DNA of 35,884 nt from a virus: IMG/VR virus record IMGVR_UViG_3300021431_000053; one strand, given 5' to 3'. The translations under genes were made by a program, and so were the position numbers. Under the pieces are notes generated by a model. It was not told the DNA's origin. It did not search any database and worked only from the letters and a program-made list of their open reading frames with translations. Positions within the stretch are counted from its first letter, which is position 1; each line of letters begins with the position of its first letter. Shown in pieces: positions 13,209-21,545 of the stretch.

Positions 13209-13237
13209 CAAGTTTGCTGATGAAGGGAAGTGATGGC

Positions 13238-13675
13238 ATGAAGATGACTGCAAAGCAAGAAAGGTTCGTACAGGAGTATCTCATTGACCTTAACGCGACA
13301 CAGGCAGCCATCCGTGCCGGATACTCCAGGAAGACGGCAGGCGTCATTGGTGTCGAGAACTTAAAAAAACCTTATATCAGGGAAGCAATTGAAGAGAAGC
13401 TCAAGCAGATCGACGATGAGAAGACAGCCGATGCCAAGGAGATACGTGAGTTCTGGACGAGGGTCATGAGAGGCGACGAGAAGGAGACCGTGCTCCGCTA
13501 TGACGGTGAAGGCCACCAGGTCGAGACGGAGATAAGCGTCTCCATGAAGGACCGCATCAAGGCCTCGGAGATGCTTGGCAAGTCGTTTGCGATGTTCACG
13601 GACAAGATAGACTCCAACGTGGACATGGACCTGAACATAGAGGTGGACTATGGAGATCAGGGTTCAGGCGAATAG
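13238..13675 (+). CDS. terS: Terminase small subunit (Terminase_2/P27 family)
   Basis: MTAKQERFVQEYLIDLNATQAAIRAGYSRKTAGVIGVENLKKPYIREAIEE. Confidence 0.9.
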   Translation: MKMTAKQERFVQEYLIDLNATQAAIRAGYSRKTAGVIGVENLKKPYIREAIEEKLKQIDDEKTADAKEIREFWTRVMRGDEKETVLRYDGEGHQVETEISVSMKDRIKASEMLGKSFAMFTDKIDSNVDMDLNIEVDYGDQGSGE

Positions 13676-14894
13676 GTCTTTCCGTGACGCTGACAGCTCA
13701 AAATGCCGGTACATCGTAATGAAGGGAAGCGCCGGCTCAGGAAAGAGCGTGGATACGGCACAGCACTACATACTGCGCCTCATGAAGGACCCTGGACGCA
13801 ATCTCCTTTGCGTGCGGAAGTCAGACGTTACAAACCGTGATAGTACCTTTGCTGAGCTGCAGGGTGCTATTTTTCGCATGTTCGGAGAGAAGTGGAAGCT
13901 TTACTGGTACATCAACTCCAGCAACATGCTTCTTGAGTGCCGGGCAAATCACAACCAGATCATCTTCCGGGGAGTGAATGACGACAAGCAGCGCGAAAAG
14001 CTGAAGTCCATCACGTTCAAGCGTGGGAAACTGACGGATGTATGGATCGAGGAAGCGACGGAACTGATGCAGTCTGACTTCGAAATAATCGATGACCGAC
14101 TGCGTGGCGAGCTTCCACCTGGACAGTTCTACCAGATACGGCTGACGTTCAACCCGGTGAGCGCTTCGCACTGGATCAAGGCACAGTTCTTTGACCGCAA
14201 GGACCCTGATGTCTTCACGCACAGCTCGACTTACAAGAGCAACCGCTTCATCGATGAAGGCTACTACCGACGCATGGAGCGACGAAAGGAAGTTGACCCG
14301 GAAGGATATAGGATCTATGGATTGGGCGAATGGGGAGAAACAGGCGGATTGATTCTTCACAACTATGTAGTTGAGGATTTCAACATCTCCCCCGAGCGGT
14401 TTGACTACATGGTCAATGCCCAGGACTTCGGCTTCAACCATGCGGACTGCCTTCTTGAGGTCGGTTTCAAGGACGATGAAATCTATATCTGTCGAGAGAT
14501 GTATGAATACGAGAAGGATACCGATGAGCTGATAGCCATCGCTGACAGCCGAGGATTCCGCAGGAATATCCGCATGTGGTGTGACTCGGCCGAGCCTGAC
14601 CGCATCAAGATGTGGAAGAAGGCCGGATACAAGGCAAAGGGCGTCAACAAGGAGAAAAATTCGGTGCACGCACAGATTGACTATTTGAAGCAGCACAAGA
14701 TACATATCCATCCGGACTGTATCAATGTATATAAAGAAATTCAGCAATGGAAGTGGCAGAAGGATACGAGAACGAACACGTACCTTGACGAGCCAGTTCC
14801 TTTTTTTGACGATGCAATGGCAGCACTGAGGTACTCGATAGAGACCATGCGAAAGCCTGCCATCGGATACAACAAAGTAGGAGGTGGATTATAA
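13650..14894 (+). CDS. terL: Terminase large subunit (PBSX family)
   Basis: Walker A is GSAGSGKS and Walker B-like is DVWIEEATE. The C-terminal nuclease region is AQDFGFNHADCLL...CDSAEPDRI. Confidence 0.9.
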   Translation: MEIRVQANRSFRDADSSKCRYIVMKGSAGSGKSVDTAQHYILRLMKDPGRNLLCVRKSDVTNRDSTFAELQGAIFRMFGEKWKLYWYINSSNMLLECRANHNQIIFRGVNDDKQREKLKSITFKRGKLTDVWIEEATELMQSDFEIIDDRLRGELPPGQFYQIRLTFNPVSASHWIKAQFFDRKDPDVFTHSSTYKSNRFIDEGYYRRMERRKEVDPEGYRIYGLGEWGETGGLILHNYVVEDFNISPERFDYMVNAQDFGFNHADCLLEVGFKDDEIYICREMYEYEKDTDELIAIADSRGFRRNIRMWCDSAEPDRIKMWKKAGYKAKGVNKEKNSVHAQIDYLKQHKIHIHPDCINVYKEIQQWKWQKDTRTNTYLDEPVPFFDDAMAALRYSIETMRKPAIGYNKVGGGL

Positions 14895-16282
14895 TGCCAC
14901 AGCAGAATGTAAGACCAGCCATCATTCCCGATGAGCTCATATGCATGTCCGATGATGAGGAGATGACAGTGACTAAGCTCGGGGAGCTGATTGCAAAGCA
15001 CAAGAACCTGATCACGAACCGATACAGGATACTGAGGGATGCGTACATGAACGTCTATCCCAACCTCATGTGGAAGGACAAGGAGGACTGGAAGCCCGAC
15101 AACCGCGTGACGGTCAACTTCGCAAAGTATCTCGTCGATACCTTCAATGGGTATTTCATCGGGATTCCAATCAAGGTCCAGTCGGATGATGCAAGAGTCA
15201 CCGATTACCTTGACATGCTTGACTCGTACAACGACATCGATGACAACAACGCCGAGCTGAGCCGCATATGCTCGATCTATGGCAAGGGATATGAGCTGTA
15301 CGCCAATGACGAGAGAGGGGAGATCTCAATCGTCTATCTTGACCCTACGGAGGGATTCATGGTGTATGACAACACATATGAGCAGCATCCGGTATACTTC
15401 GTGACGTACTACTATGACTCGAAGAAAATCATGCATGGGGAAGTGCTTACACCAGCCGAAGTATGGCCGTTCACGGATGATGGCGGCCTGCATTACATCG
15501 AGGATGGATTCCGCTCTCATAGCTTCAGTGACATCCCTGCAACGGAGTTCCTGGAGAACGAGTCACGCATAGCCGTGTTCGAGTCCGTGTACTCGCTTAT
15601 CGTGGGATACAACAAGGCGCTTTCCGAGAAGCTGAACGATGTCGATGCATTTGCTGATGCATACCTCAAGATTCTCGGTCCAAAACTGAATGATGACATG
15701 CTCAGGGACATGAGAGATCACCGCGTCATCTCGTTCGAGGGTGATATGTCAGAGAATCCTGTGGATGTGGGATTCCTTGAGAAGCCCAATGCCGATACGA
15801 CGCAGGAGAACGCACTCAACCGCATGGAGAGACTGATCTACCAGGTGTCCATGATTGCGAACATCAATGACGAGAACTTCGGCAACAGTTCAGGCATTGC
15901 CATGGCTTATAAATTACAGTCCATGTCAAACCTGGCGAAGACGAAGGAGAGAAAGTTCACGTCGGGGCTCAACCGAAGATACCGCATCATCTTCTCCAAT
16001 CCGGTCAACTCGATGTCCGATAATGACTGGATCGGGCTGAGCTACCACTATACGCGCAACCTCCCTCAGAACATCCTCGAGGAGACGCAGATTGCCCAGA
16101 ACCTTTCAGGCATCGTGTCACAGCCAACGCAGCTATCAGTATTGTCGATTGTGGATGACCCTAAGAAGGAAATCGAGCGAATCGATGAGGAGCAGCGCGA
16201 AAGCAATGATGCGGTCGTCAACCGCTTCTACGGAAGCAATCCCGTATACCCGTCAGTAAAGGCAGGCAGCAATGAGCAGTAG
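14894..16282 (+). CDS. Portal protein (SPP1 gp6-like)
   Basis: It follows terL with a TAATG overlap. It has VTVNFAKYLVDTFNGYFIGIPIKV, and its size of 462 aa fits. Confidence 0.85.
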   Translation: MPQQNVRPAIIPDELICMSDDEEMTVTKLGELIAKHKNLITNRYRILRDAYMNVYPNLMWKDKEDWKPDNRVTVNFAKYLVDTFNGYFIGIPIKVQSDDARVTDYLDMLDSYNDIDDNNAELSRICSIYGKGYELYANDERGEISIVYLDPTEGFMVYDNTYEQHPVYFVTYYYDSKKIMHGEVLTPAEVWPFTDDGGLHYIEDGFRSHSFSDIPATEFLENESRIAVFESVYSLIVGYNKALSEKLNDVDAFADAYLKILGPKLNDDMLRDMRDHRVISFEGDMSENPVDVGFLEKPNADTTQENALNRMERLIYQVSMIANINDENFGNSSGIAMAYKLQSMSNLAKTKERKFTSGLNRRYRIIFSNPVNSMSDNDWIGLSYHYTRNLPQNILEETQIAQNLSGIVSQPTQLSVLSIVDDPKKEIERIDEEQRESNDAVVNRFYGSNPVYPSVKAGSNEQ

Positions 16283-17822
16283 CGCCGATTACTGGAGAAG
16301 AAGGGAGGAGGCACAGCGTGCCCACAACATCACCGACGAAAGGGAATATGCCAGGGAGATAAACAGGATCTATGAGTCAATGCTTGACAGCATAGAGGAG
16401 CAGATAAACAGCTTCTATGCGAAGTATGCGAGCGCTGAGGGCATATCCATGGCCGAGGCCAGGAAGCGTGCTGCGAGCCTTGACATCGAGAGGTACGCCA
16501 GGAAGGCCGAGAGGTATGTCGATGAGAGGAACTTCTCGGCAAAGGCTAACGAGGAGATGAGGCTCTACAACCTCACGATGAAGGTCAACCGCCTCGAGCT
16601 TCTCAAGGCGAACATCGGGCTTGAGCTCGTAAGCGGGCACGACGAACTTGAGAGTTTCATGGAGGAGAAGATAGGTGACGCTACGGAGGACGAGCTGAGA
16701 CGACAGGCCGGCATTCTTGGAAAGACGGTCATCAACAATGCGAAGACTGCACATGTGATCGTCAATGCGTCCTTCCACAACGCGACATTCAGCGACAGGA
16801 TATGGATGCACCAGGACCTACTGAGAAATGACATCAACAGCCTCATCCAGGTCGGGCTTATCCAGGGAAAGAACCCGAGGGTGCTTGCAAGGGAGCTAAG
16901 AAGGAAGTTCAAGGTCAAGAAGTCGGATGCCGAGAGGCTGATGCGCACCGAGATGGCAAGGGCGAGAACCGATGCACAGATGCGCGAGTACGAGGAGAAC
17001 GGCTTCGGAGAGTACAAGTACATAGCCTGCGGCGGCTCTGACGTGTGCGAGGTGTGCAAGAAGATGGACGGAAAGGTGTTCAGCGTGAAGAAGATCATGC
17101 CTGGCGTCAACGCCCCTCCCATGCACCCAAACTGCCACTGCTCGACTGCTCCGTACATTGACGAGAAGAAGTACTACGAGTGGCTTGACTCCTACGATCA
17201 GCACCATATGAGCTACAATGACTGGATTGAGCATGAAAACATAGCAAGAGAGGAAGGTCTGAGAACGAAAAAAGGAATGCCTAATGCCGTTAATTGGAAA
17301 ATTGTGAAGTCTAAAGAATATTCGCAAAGATTTAGTAAATTATCTGAAAATACCAAAGCAAATGAATTGGCTGCACAACGTGCAAGGCAGGCATTAAAAC
17401 ATAGAGATGGCACAATGACAGAAGAAATTTATGCAATTGATTTAAAAACGGGAAAAGATATTTCTAGAATAGTAAATCAAAATTATATCCAAGGTGTTAA
17501 GAGAACAAAAAAATTCATTGAGGATGTTGAAAGAGCAGAAGCAAATGGAGCAAATGTTTTGTTTATACATAATCATCCTAATGGATTGATTCCAAGCTTA
17601 GCTGATTTAAATGAATTATTAAATCATGAAAATGCTTCTGGATTGGTTGTTGGACACGATGGAAGCATTTATTTTTATACAAAACCAGATATAAAACTTA
17701 GTGAAAATGATTTTACTATTGCATACCTAAAATCAAGATATTATACTGATGTAAAGCTAAAAAATGAATCAGCTATGGAAGAATTAGCGAGAATGCATAA
17801 ATTTGTGTTTAAAGTTTTATAG
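16272..17822 (+). CDS. Minor head protein (MuF / SPP1 gp7 family) fused to a C-terminal RadC/JAB(MPN)-like domain
   Basis: The MuF core motif is CEVCKKMDGKVFSVKKIMPGVNAPPMHPNCHCSTAPY. The C-terminal ~190 aa are visibly AT-rich from about 17260 and carry FIHNHPNGLIPSLADL (nt 17568..17606), which resembles RadC HNHPSG-x3-PS-x2-D with one fewer spacer residue. Confidence 0.8.
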   Translation: MSSSADYWRRREEAQRAHNITDEREYAREINRIYESMLDSIEEQINSFYAKYASAEGISMAEARKRAASLDIERYARKAERYVDERNFSAKANEEMRLYNLTMKVNRLELLKANIGLELVSGHDELESFMEEKIGDATEDELRRQAGILGKTVINNAKTAHVIVNASFHNATFSDRIWMHQDLLRNDINSLIQVGLIQGKNPRVLARELRRKFKVKKSDAERLMRTEMARARTDAQMREYEENGFGEYKYIACGGSDVCEVCKKMDGKVFSVKKIMPGVNAPPMHPNCHCSTAPYIDEKKYYEWLDSYDQHHMSYNDWIEHENIAREEGLRTKKGMPNAVNWKIVKSKEYSQRFSKLSENTKANELAAQRARQALKHRDGTMTEEIYAIDLKTGKDISRIVNQNYIQGVKRTKKFIEDVERAEANGANVLFIHNHPNGLIPSLADLNELLNHENASGLVVGHDGSIYFYTKPDIKLSENDFTIAYLKSRYYTDVKLKNESAMEELARMHKFVFKVL

Positions 17823-17833
17823 AGGTGAATATT

Positions 17834-17998
17834 ATGAGTAAAGATTCAAAACAAGATGAATATATCTGTGATGACCGTTTTGATTTAATCAAATTCTCAA
17901 ATAAAATAGACGCAATGTCGCAAAAAGAAAAAGAAGAATTTTTAAAACTGGTTCACGCTAATAAGGTTGATTTCAGTGAATTCTATATAGAATCTTGA
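17834..17998 (+). CDS. 54-aa acidic protein (MSKDSKQDEYICDDRFDLIKFSNKIDAMSQKEKEEFLKLVHANKVDFSEFYIES); candidate partner or immunity protein of the MuF C-terminal domain
   Basis: ATG is five nt after AGAGGTGA. It shares the AT-rich composition of the MuF C-terminus and is followed by a terminator. Confidence 0.5.
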   Translation: MSKDSKQDEYICDDRFDLIKFSNKIDAMSQKEKEEFLKLVHANKVDFSEFYIES

Positions 17999-18022
17999 GC
18001 ACGATTTATATCGCGCTTTTTT
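17998..18022 (+). terminator. Intrinsic terminator inside the head-gene operon
   Basis: AGCACGAT-TTAT-ATCGCGCT (one mismatch), followed by TTTTTT. Confidence 0.45.
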
Positions 18023-18036
18023 AATGCAAGAAATAG

Positions 18037-18204
18037 AGGATTAAACAAGACTACTGGAAAATTAAATCACATATAACCAGCGAGTTTTTTGCACATTTCA
18101 TTGAAGCACAGTTTGACTCGGAAAGAAGGAAAATTCTTGAAAGCACGTTTCCTGAAAGCTATAATTACGTTGAGGAGATGCTTAAAAGGAGGAAGCCAAA
18201 ATGA
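18037..18204 (+). pseudogene. Start-less 55-codon open frame (RIKQDYWKIKSHITSEFFAHFIEAQFDSERRKILESTFPESYNYVEEMLKRRKPK*), probably a displaced 3' gene remnant
   Basis: The frame opens after TAG at 18034..18036. It has no in-frame ATG, GTG or TTG until nine codons from the end. Its stop overlaps the next gene's start (ATGA at 18201..18204), as expected for a formerly coupled upstream gene. Confidence 0.35.
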
Positions 18205-18446
18205 AAATTATAAAATCTTTTTTAAGGGTGGCAAAAAAACGACATGCTTTTGCTGATATGTTTGGCTATGATCCTGACATGCCTAGAGCTGTATTATTTG
18301 GTCCACAGGAAGAAAGCGACGAGTATGAGGCTTTGCTGGATAAAAGCTTAGCCGATAAGAAGGACTACCTGGAGATCAAGTACGGGTATGACGCTGATGC
18401 AATCCGTGAAAGAATAGAAAAAAACAGATATATATTTTACGATTAA
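18201..18446 (+). CDS. Hypothetical 81-aa protein
   Basis: AAAAGGAGGAAGCCAAA precedes the ATG. Confidence 0.65.
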   Translation: MKIIKSFLRVAKKRHAFADMFGYDPDMPRAVLFGPQEESDEYEALLDKSLADKKDYLEIKYGYDADAIRERIEKNRYIFYD

Positions 18447-18471
18447 AAGTCACCGCCATGGTGGCTTTTTT
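18445..18471 (+). terminator. Intrinsic terminator
   Basis: AGTCACC-GCCAT-GGTGGCT (one G-U pair), followed by TTTTTTG. Confidence 0.5.
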
Positions 18472-18485
18472 GATAGGAGAACATA

Positions 18486-18674
18486 ATGAAAAAAGACAAT
18501 CACTCAGGCGGTGGGATAGGCTTTTGCGGAGCATTGACCATCGCCTTTATTGTGCTGAGGCTTTGCCACATCGTTGACTGGTCATGGTGGATCGTACTGC
18601 TGCCTGCACTGGTTAAGGCGGCAATCATCCTGGTAATATTCATTGTTTTAGTCATTGCTGAACTGTCGGACTGA
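18486..18674 (+). CDS. Small two-TM membrane protein (Fragile-X-F-like DWSWW motif)
   Basis: LRLCHIVDWSWWIVLLPALV lies between two hydrophobic helices. The RBS is AGGAGA. Confidence 0.6.
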   Translation: MKKDNHSGGGIGFCGALTIAFIVLRLCHIVDWSWWIVLLPALVKAAIILVIFIVLVIAELSD

Positions 18675-18709
18675 ACATAAAAAGTTATTCACATGGAAAG
18701 GAGAAACTC

Positions 18710-18931
18710 ATGTCACAGGGACTAAAGCCACATCACCATCAGTACTTCGAGTACGGAATCAAATCACGCTACGACGCTGAGAGAGGCGTCATGGTAAGAA
18801 ACGTAACCTACATGTGCATGATATGCGGTCGACTCACGCATGAAAGATATGAGGACTACGTGCCCCCTCCTAAGGAGAAGAAGCCAAAGGCGCTCATGAG
18901 ATACAGGAGCAGGCACAGGGAGGCACAATGA
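18710..18931 (+). CDS. Hypothetical 73-aa basic protein
   Basis: GGAAAGGAGA precedes the ATG. The ORF is coupled to the next gene. Confidence 0.6.
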   Translation: MSQGLKPHHHQYFEYGIKSRYDAERGVMVRNVTYMCMICGRLTHERYEDYVPPPKEKKPKALMRYRSRHREAQ

Positions 18932-19263
18932 TAAGGGCGTGCATAGAAACATGGAGCGACGGCCGTCTCCTTGTCAACTGCACGGGACATGCAGGATATG
19001 ACGAACATGGAAGGGATATCGTATGCTCGGCCGTATCGGCGCTTGTCCAGACGCTTGCTTTCTCGCTTGATGAGGTGACTCACGAGGACGTGAAATTTAC
19101 GCTCACAGGAGGGAATGCAAGCATAGAGGCCAGTTCACTGTCCGATGAAGGAAAGACGCTCCTGCGCTCATTTCTCGTGGGAATGAAGGCAATAGAGAGC
19201 GCCTATCCCGATAACTTGGCAGTGGATACAAGACTGTTCAAATGGAAACAAAAGGGAAGCTGA
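18928..19263 (+). CDS. prp: Prp-like cysteine protease (ribosomal-processing protease family, DUF464/YsxB)
   Basis: CTGHAGYDEHGRDIVCSAVSALVQTL matches the Prp His/Cys dyad context (GHAG...DIVC-x-x-VS). Confidence 0.75.
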   Translation: MIRACIETWSDGRLLVNCTGHAGYDEHGRDIVCSAVSALVQTLAFSLDEVTHEDVKFTLTGGNASIEASSLSDEGKTLLRSFLVGMKAIESAYPDNLAVDTRLFKWKQKGS

Positions 19264-19281
19264 TGAATGAGGCTTCCCTTT
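19251..19281 (+). terminator. Perfect 10-bp hairpin spanning the prp stop codon (attenuator or terminator)
   Basis: AAAGGGAAGC-11 nt-GCTTCCCTTT, followed by ATTCATG. The U-tract is weak. Confidence 0.35.
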
Positions 19282-19392
19282 ATTCATGTCCGAGCATTGA
19301 AGACACTAAAAGCCATGGGTCCAGGCATGGAACGACACAAAAAGCTATGGAAGACAAGCATTGAGTCTCAAAACTATGGAGGAAAATCACAT

Positions 19393-20001
19393 ATGAAGAA
19401 ATATTTATTTGACTTGCAGCTTTTCGCAGTAGGAGATAATGGACAAAATCCTGGCAATAATGATCCAGGGCAAAACAATACAACTGGAGTAGACGGTGAT
19501 AAAGGGGAAAATAAATCTCAGCCAAAGTACACGGACGAGGACCTTGACCGCATCATCCAGGAGAAGAAGGCAAAGTGGGAAAAACAGGCAAAAGATAATG
19601 AGGAAGAAGCCAAGAAGCTAGCAAAGATGAATGCCCAGCAAAAAGCCGAGCATGAACGCAACAAGCTGCAGAAGCAGCTTGATGAATTGCTCGCTGAAAA
19701 AGCACGTGCTGACATGGCCAAGGAAGCACGCAAGATGTGTGCGGAAGCCAACGTGAATGTGAGCGATGACATTCTTGCAAGCATCATCACATCGGATGCC
19801 GATACCACAAAAGAAGCCGTTGAATCCTTTATCGAGCTTTTCAAGGGCGAGGTAGAAAAGGCAGTCAAGGACGCTTTGAAAGGAAACTCTTTCAAGCGCG
19901 GAGGTTCTAACGGAGGCGTGACGAAGGAAGACATCATGAAGGTCAGCGACCCGATTGAGCGCCAGCGTCTTATCCGCGAGAACATGAATCTATTCAGATA
20001 G
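19393..20001 (+). CDS. Scaffolding protein (coiled-coil, Lys/Glu-rich) with a Prp-type N-terminal leader
   Basis: ATG 19393 is nine nt after GGAGG. The N-terminus is MKKYLFDLQLFAVG. The sequence is K/E/A-rich and helical. The ORF-track start at 19267 is discounted. Confidence 0.75.
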   Translation: MKKYLFDLQLFAVGDNGQNPGNNDPGQNNTTGVDGDKGENKSQPKYTDEDLDRIIQEKKAKWEKQAKDNEEEAKKLAKMNAQQKAEHERNKLQKQLDELLAEKARADMAKEARKMCAEANVNVSDDILASIITSDADTTKEAVESFIELFKGEVEKAVKDALKGNSFKRGGSNGGVTKEDIMKVSDPIERQRLIRENMNLFR

Positions 20002-20010
20002 GAGAAACAC

Positions 20011-20919
20011 ATGAGAAAACCAATCAACTTGCAGCTATTTGCAGCAGAAACAAACATCACAACAACTAAGGACATCGATCCAGCCATCTCGGTTGACTAC
20101 ACTTCACGAATTGCAACCAACATCAACGAGCTTCGCAATGTTCTTGGAATCAACCAGCTTACTCCAATGGCCAATGGCACACTGATCAAATCATATAAGC
20201 TGACTAAGGAAAACACTCCTGAACAGGTCGGTGAAGGTGAAACAATCGGATTGACAAAGATCACACGTAAACTGGCATGGCAAAAAGAAATCGCATTGAA
20301 GAAGTACCGCAAGGTTGCCACTGCCGAAGCAATCCAGAAGGTCGGCGCACAGAAGGCAATCAACGACACTGACGCAAAGATGACGTTGGAGTTGCAGAAG
20401 GATATCAAGAAAGATTTCTTCACTTCATTAGGAACGGGTACAGGTACTGTAACAGGTACAGGATTACAAGCTGCTTTGGCGAATGCATGGGCACAAATTG
20501 AAGTGCGATTTGAGGACATGACGGTTGATCCAGTCTACTTCGTATCGCCACTTGACGTAGCTGACTATCTCGGCGGCGCACAGGTTACTACGCAGACTGC
20601 TTTCGGCTTCCAGTACATCGAAGGCTTCCTGGGACTTGGAACTGCCTTCATCTCTCCAGCGCTTCCTAAGGGCACTGCCTATGCGACAGCAAAGCAGAAC
20701 CTCACAGGCGCATACATCCCTAACGGCGGCGACGTGGCAAGCAAGTTCGGACTCACATACGACGAGACAGGTCTTATCGGCATGACGCACGCTACTGTCA
20801 CTTCCAATGCAACAATCGAAACATTAGCGTTAACCGGCGTGCAGTTCTGGCCTGAATATGCTGACGGCGTGTTCAAGGTAACCATCAAGGGCGCAGCTGC
20901 AGCAGGAGCGGGAGCCTAG
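20011..20919 (+). CDS. Major capsid protein (HK97 fold, 80alpha/SPP1-like) with a Prp-type N-terminal leader
   Basis: It lies after the scaffold gene. The N-terminus is MRKPINLQLFAAE. Its size of 302 aa fits, and it has a typical GFLGLG...TVTSNATIETLAL C-terminal half. Confidence 0.8.
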   Translation: MRKPINLQLFAAETNITTTKDIDPAISVDYTSRIATNINELRNVLGINQLTPMANGTLIKSYKLTKENTPEQVGEGETIGLTKITRKLAWQKEIALKKYRKVATAEAIQKVGAQKAINDTDAKMTLELQKDIKKDFFTSLGTGTGTVTGTGLQAALANAWAQIEVRFEDMTVDPVYFVSPLDVADYLGGAQVTTQTAFGFQYIEGFLGLGTAFISPALPKGTAYATAKQNLTGAYIPNGGDVASKFGLTYDETGLIGMTHATVTSNATIETLALTGVQFWPEYADGVFKVTIKGAAAAGAGA

Positions 20920-20925
20920 CAGCCT

Positions 20926-21246
20926 ATGGCGGTAATCGATGATGTCAGGGCGCTGCTTGGAATCAAGGATGAAGACAGCAAGCTGAATGTCATCATCACC
21001 TTGACCGAGAACCGCCTTAAAACTCTGATTGACCAAAAAGAAGTGCCAGGCGAGCTGGAGTATATCGTTACCGAAGTATCGATTGCACGCTTCAACCGCA
21101 TCGGCTCCGAAGGGCTGAGCGGCCACACGGTAGAAGGCGAAGCATTGACCTTCAAGGACAATGACTTCGACCAGTATGCCGACGACATCCAGGCATGGCG
21201 TGACGCACAGTCCGACCAGGACAAAGGAAGGATAAGGTTTCTATGA
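20926..21246 (+). CDS. Head-tail connector (gp6-like DNA-packaging/adaptor protein)
   Basis: It has MAVIDDVRALLGIKDEDSKLNVIITLTENRL and lies directly after the capsid gene. Confidence 0.65.
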   Translation: MAVIDDVRALLGIKDEDSKLNVIITLTENRLKTLIDQKEVPGELEYIVTEVSIARFNRIGSEGLSGHTVEGEALTFKDNDFDQYADDIQAWRDAQSDQDKGRIRFL

Positions 21247-21545
21247 GGTACGATACGCCAGTCATCTTCCGCAGGGTTGTTGCCGGCGCATATGACCCTG
21301 ACACAGGCGACTATGCGGATGACTCGTACAAGGATGTACGGCTCTATGCCTCGGTCATGGACACGAGCACAAGGACGATGGAGCTCGTGTACGGAAGCAT
21401 CAAGCAAGGAAGCCTTACGGTGCATGTCCAGGGCCATGTCGACATGCCGTTTGACCAGATGATCATAAGGGGAAGGAATTACCGTGTGGACTACACGAGA
21501 AGGCTGAGGACGAAGCAGTCGTTCGTAATCTCGGAGGTGCAGTGA
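21243..21545 (+). CDS. Head-closure / head-tail joining protein
   Basis: Position, size (100 aa) and coupling to neighbouring genes support the call. Confidence 0.55.
   Translation: MRYDTPVIFRRVVAGAYDPDTGDYADDSYKDVRLYASVMDTSTRTMELVYGSIKQGSLTVHVQGHVDMPFDQMIIRGRNYRVDYTRRLRTKQSFVISEVQ

Noticed and set aside
13821-14747. A 308-aa minus-strand ORF
   Set aside because: It is antisense to the terminase large subunit, which carries clear Walker and nuclease motifs, and the antisense product has no recognisable features.
16330-17413. Minus-strand ORFs (70 to 197 aa) across the MuF gene
   Set aside because: They are antisense to a motif-supported gene, and they are Ser/Leu/Arg-rich artefacts of the sense codon usage.
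19267-19392. N-terminal extensions proposed by the ORF track (scaffold from 19267; similarly holin from 33629, resolvase from 10623, cro from 4418, terS from 13214)
   Set aside because: In each case an internal ATG or GTG has a properly spaced Shine-Dalgarno sequence and gives the expected family N-terminus, while the upstream extension lacks an RBS or overlaps terminators and hairpins.
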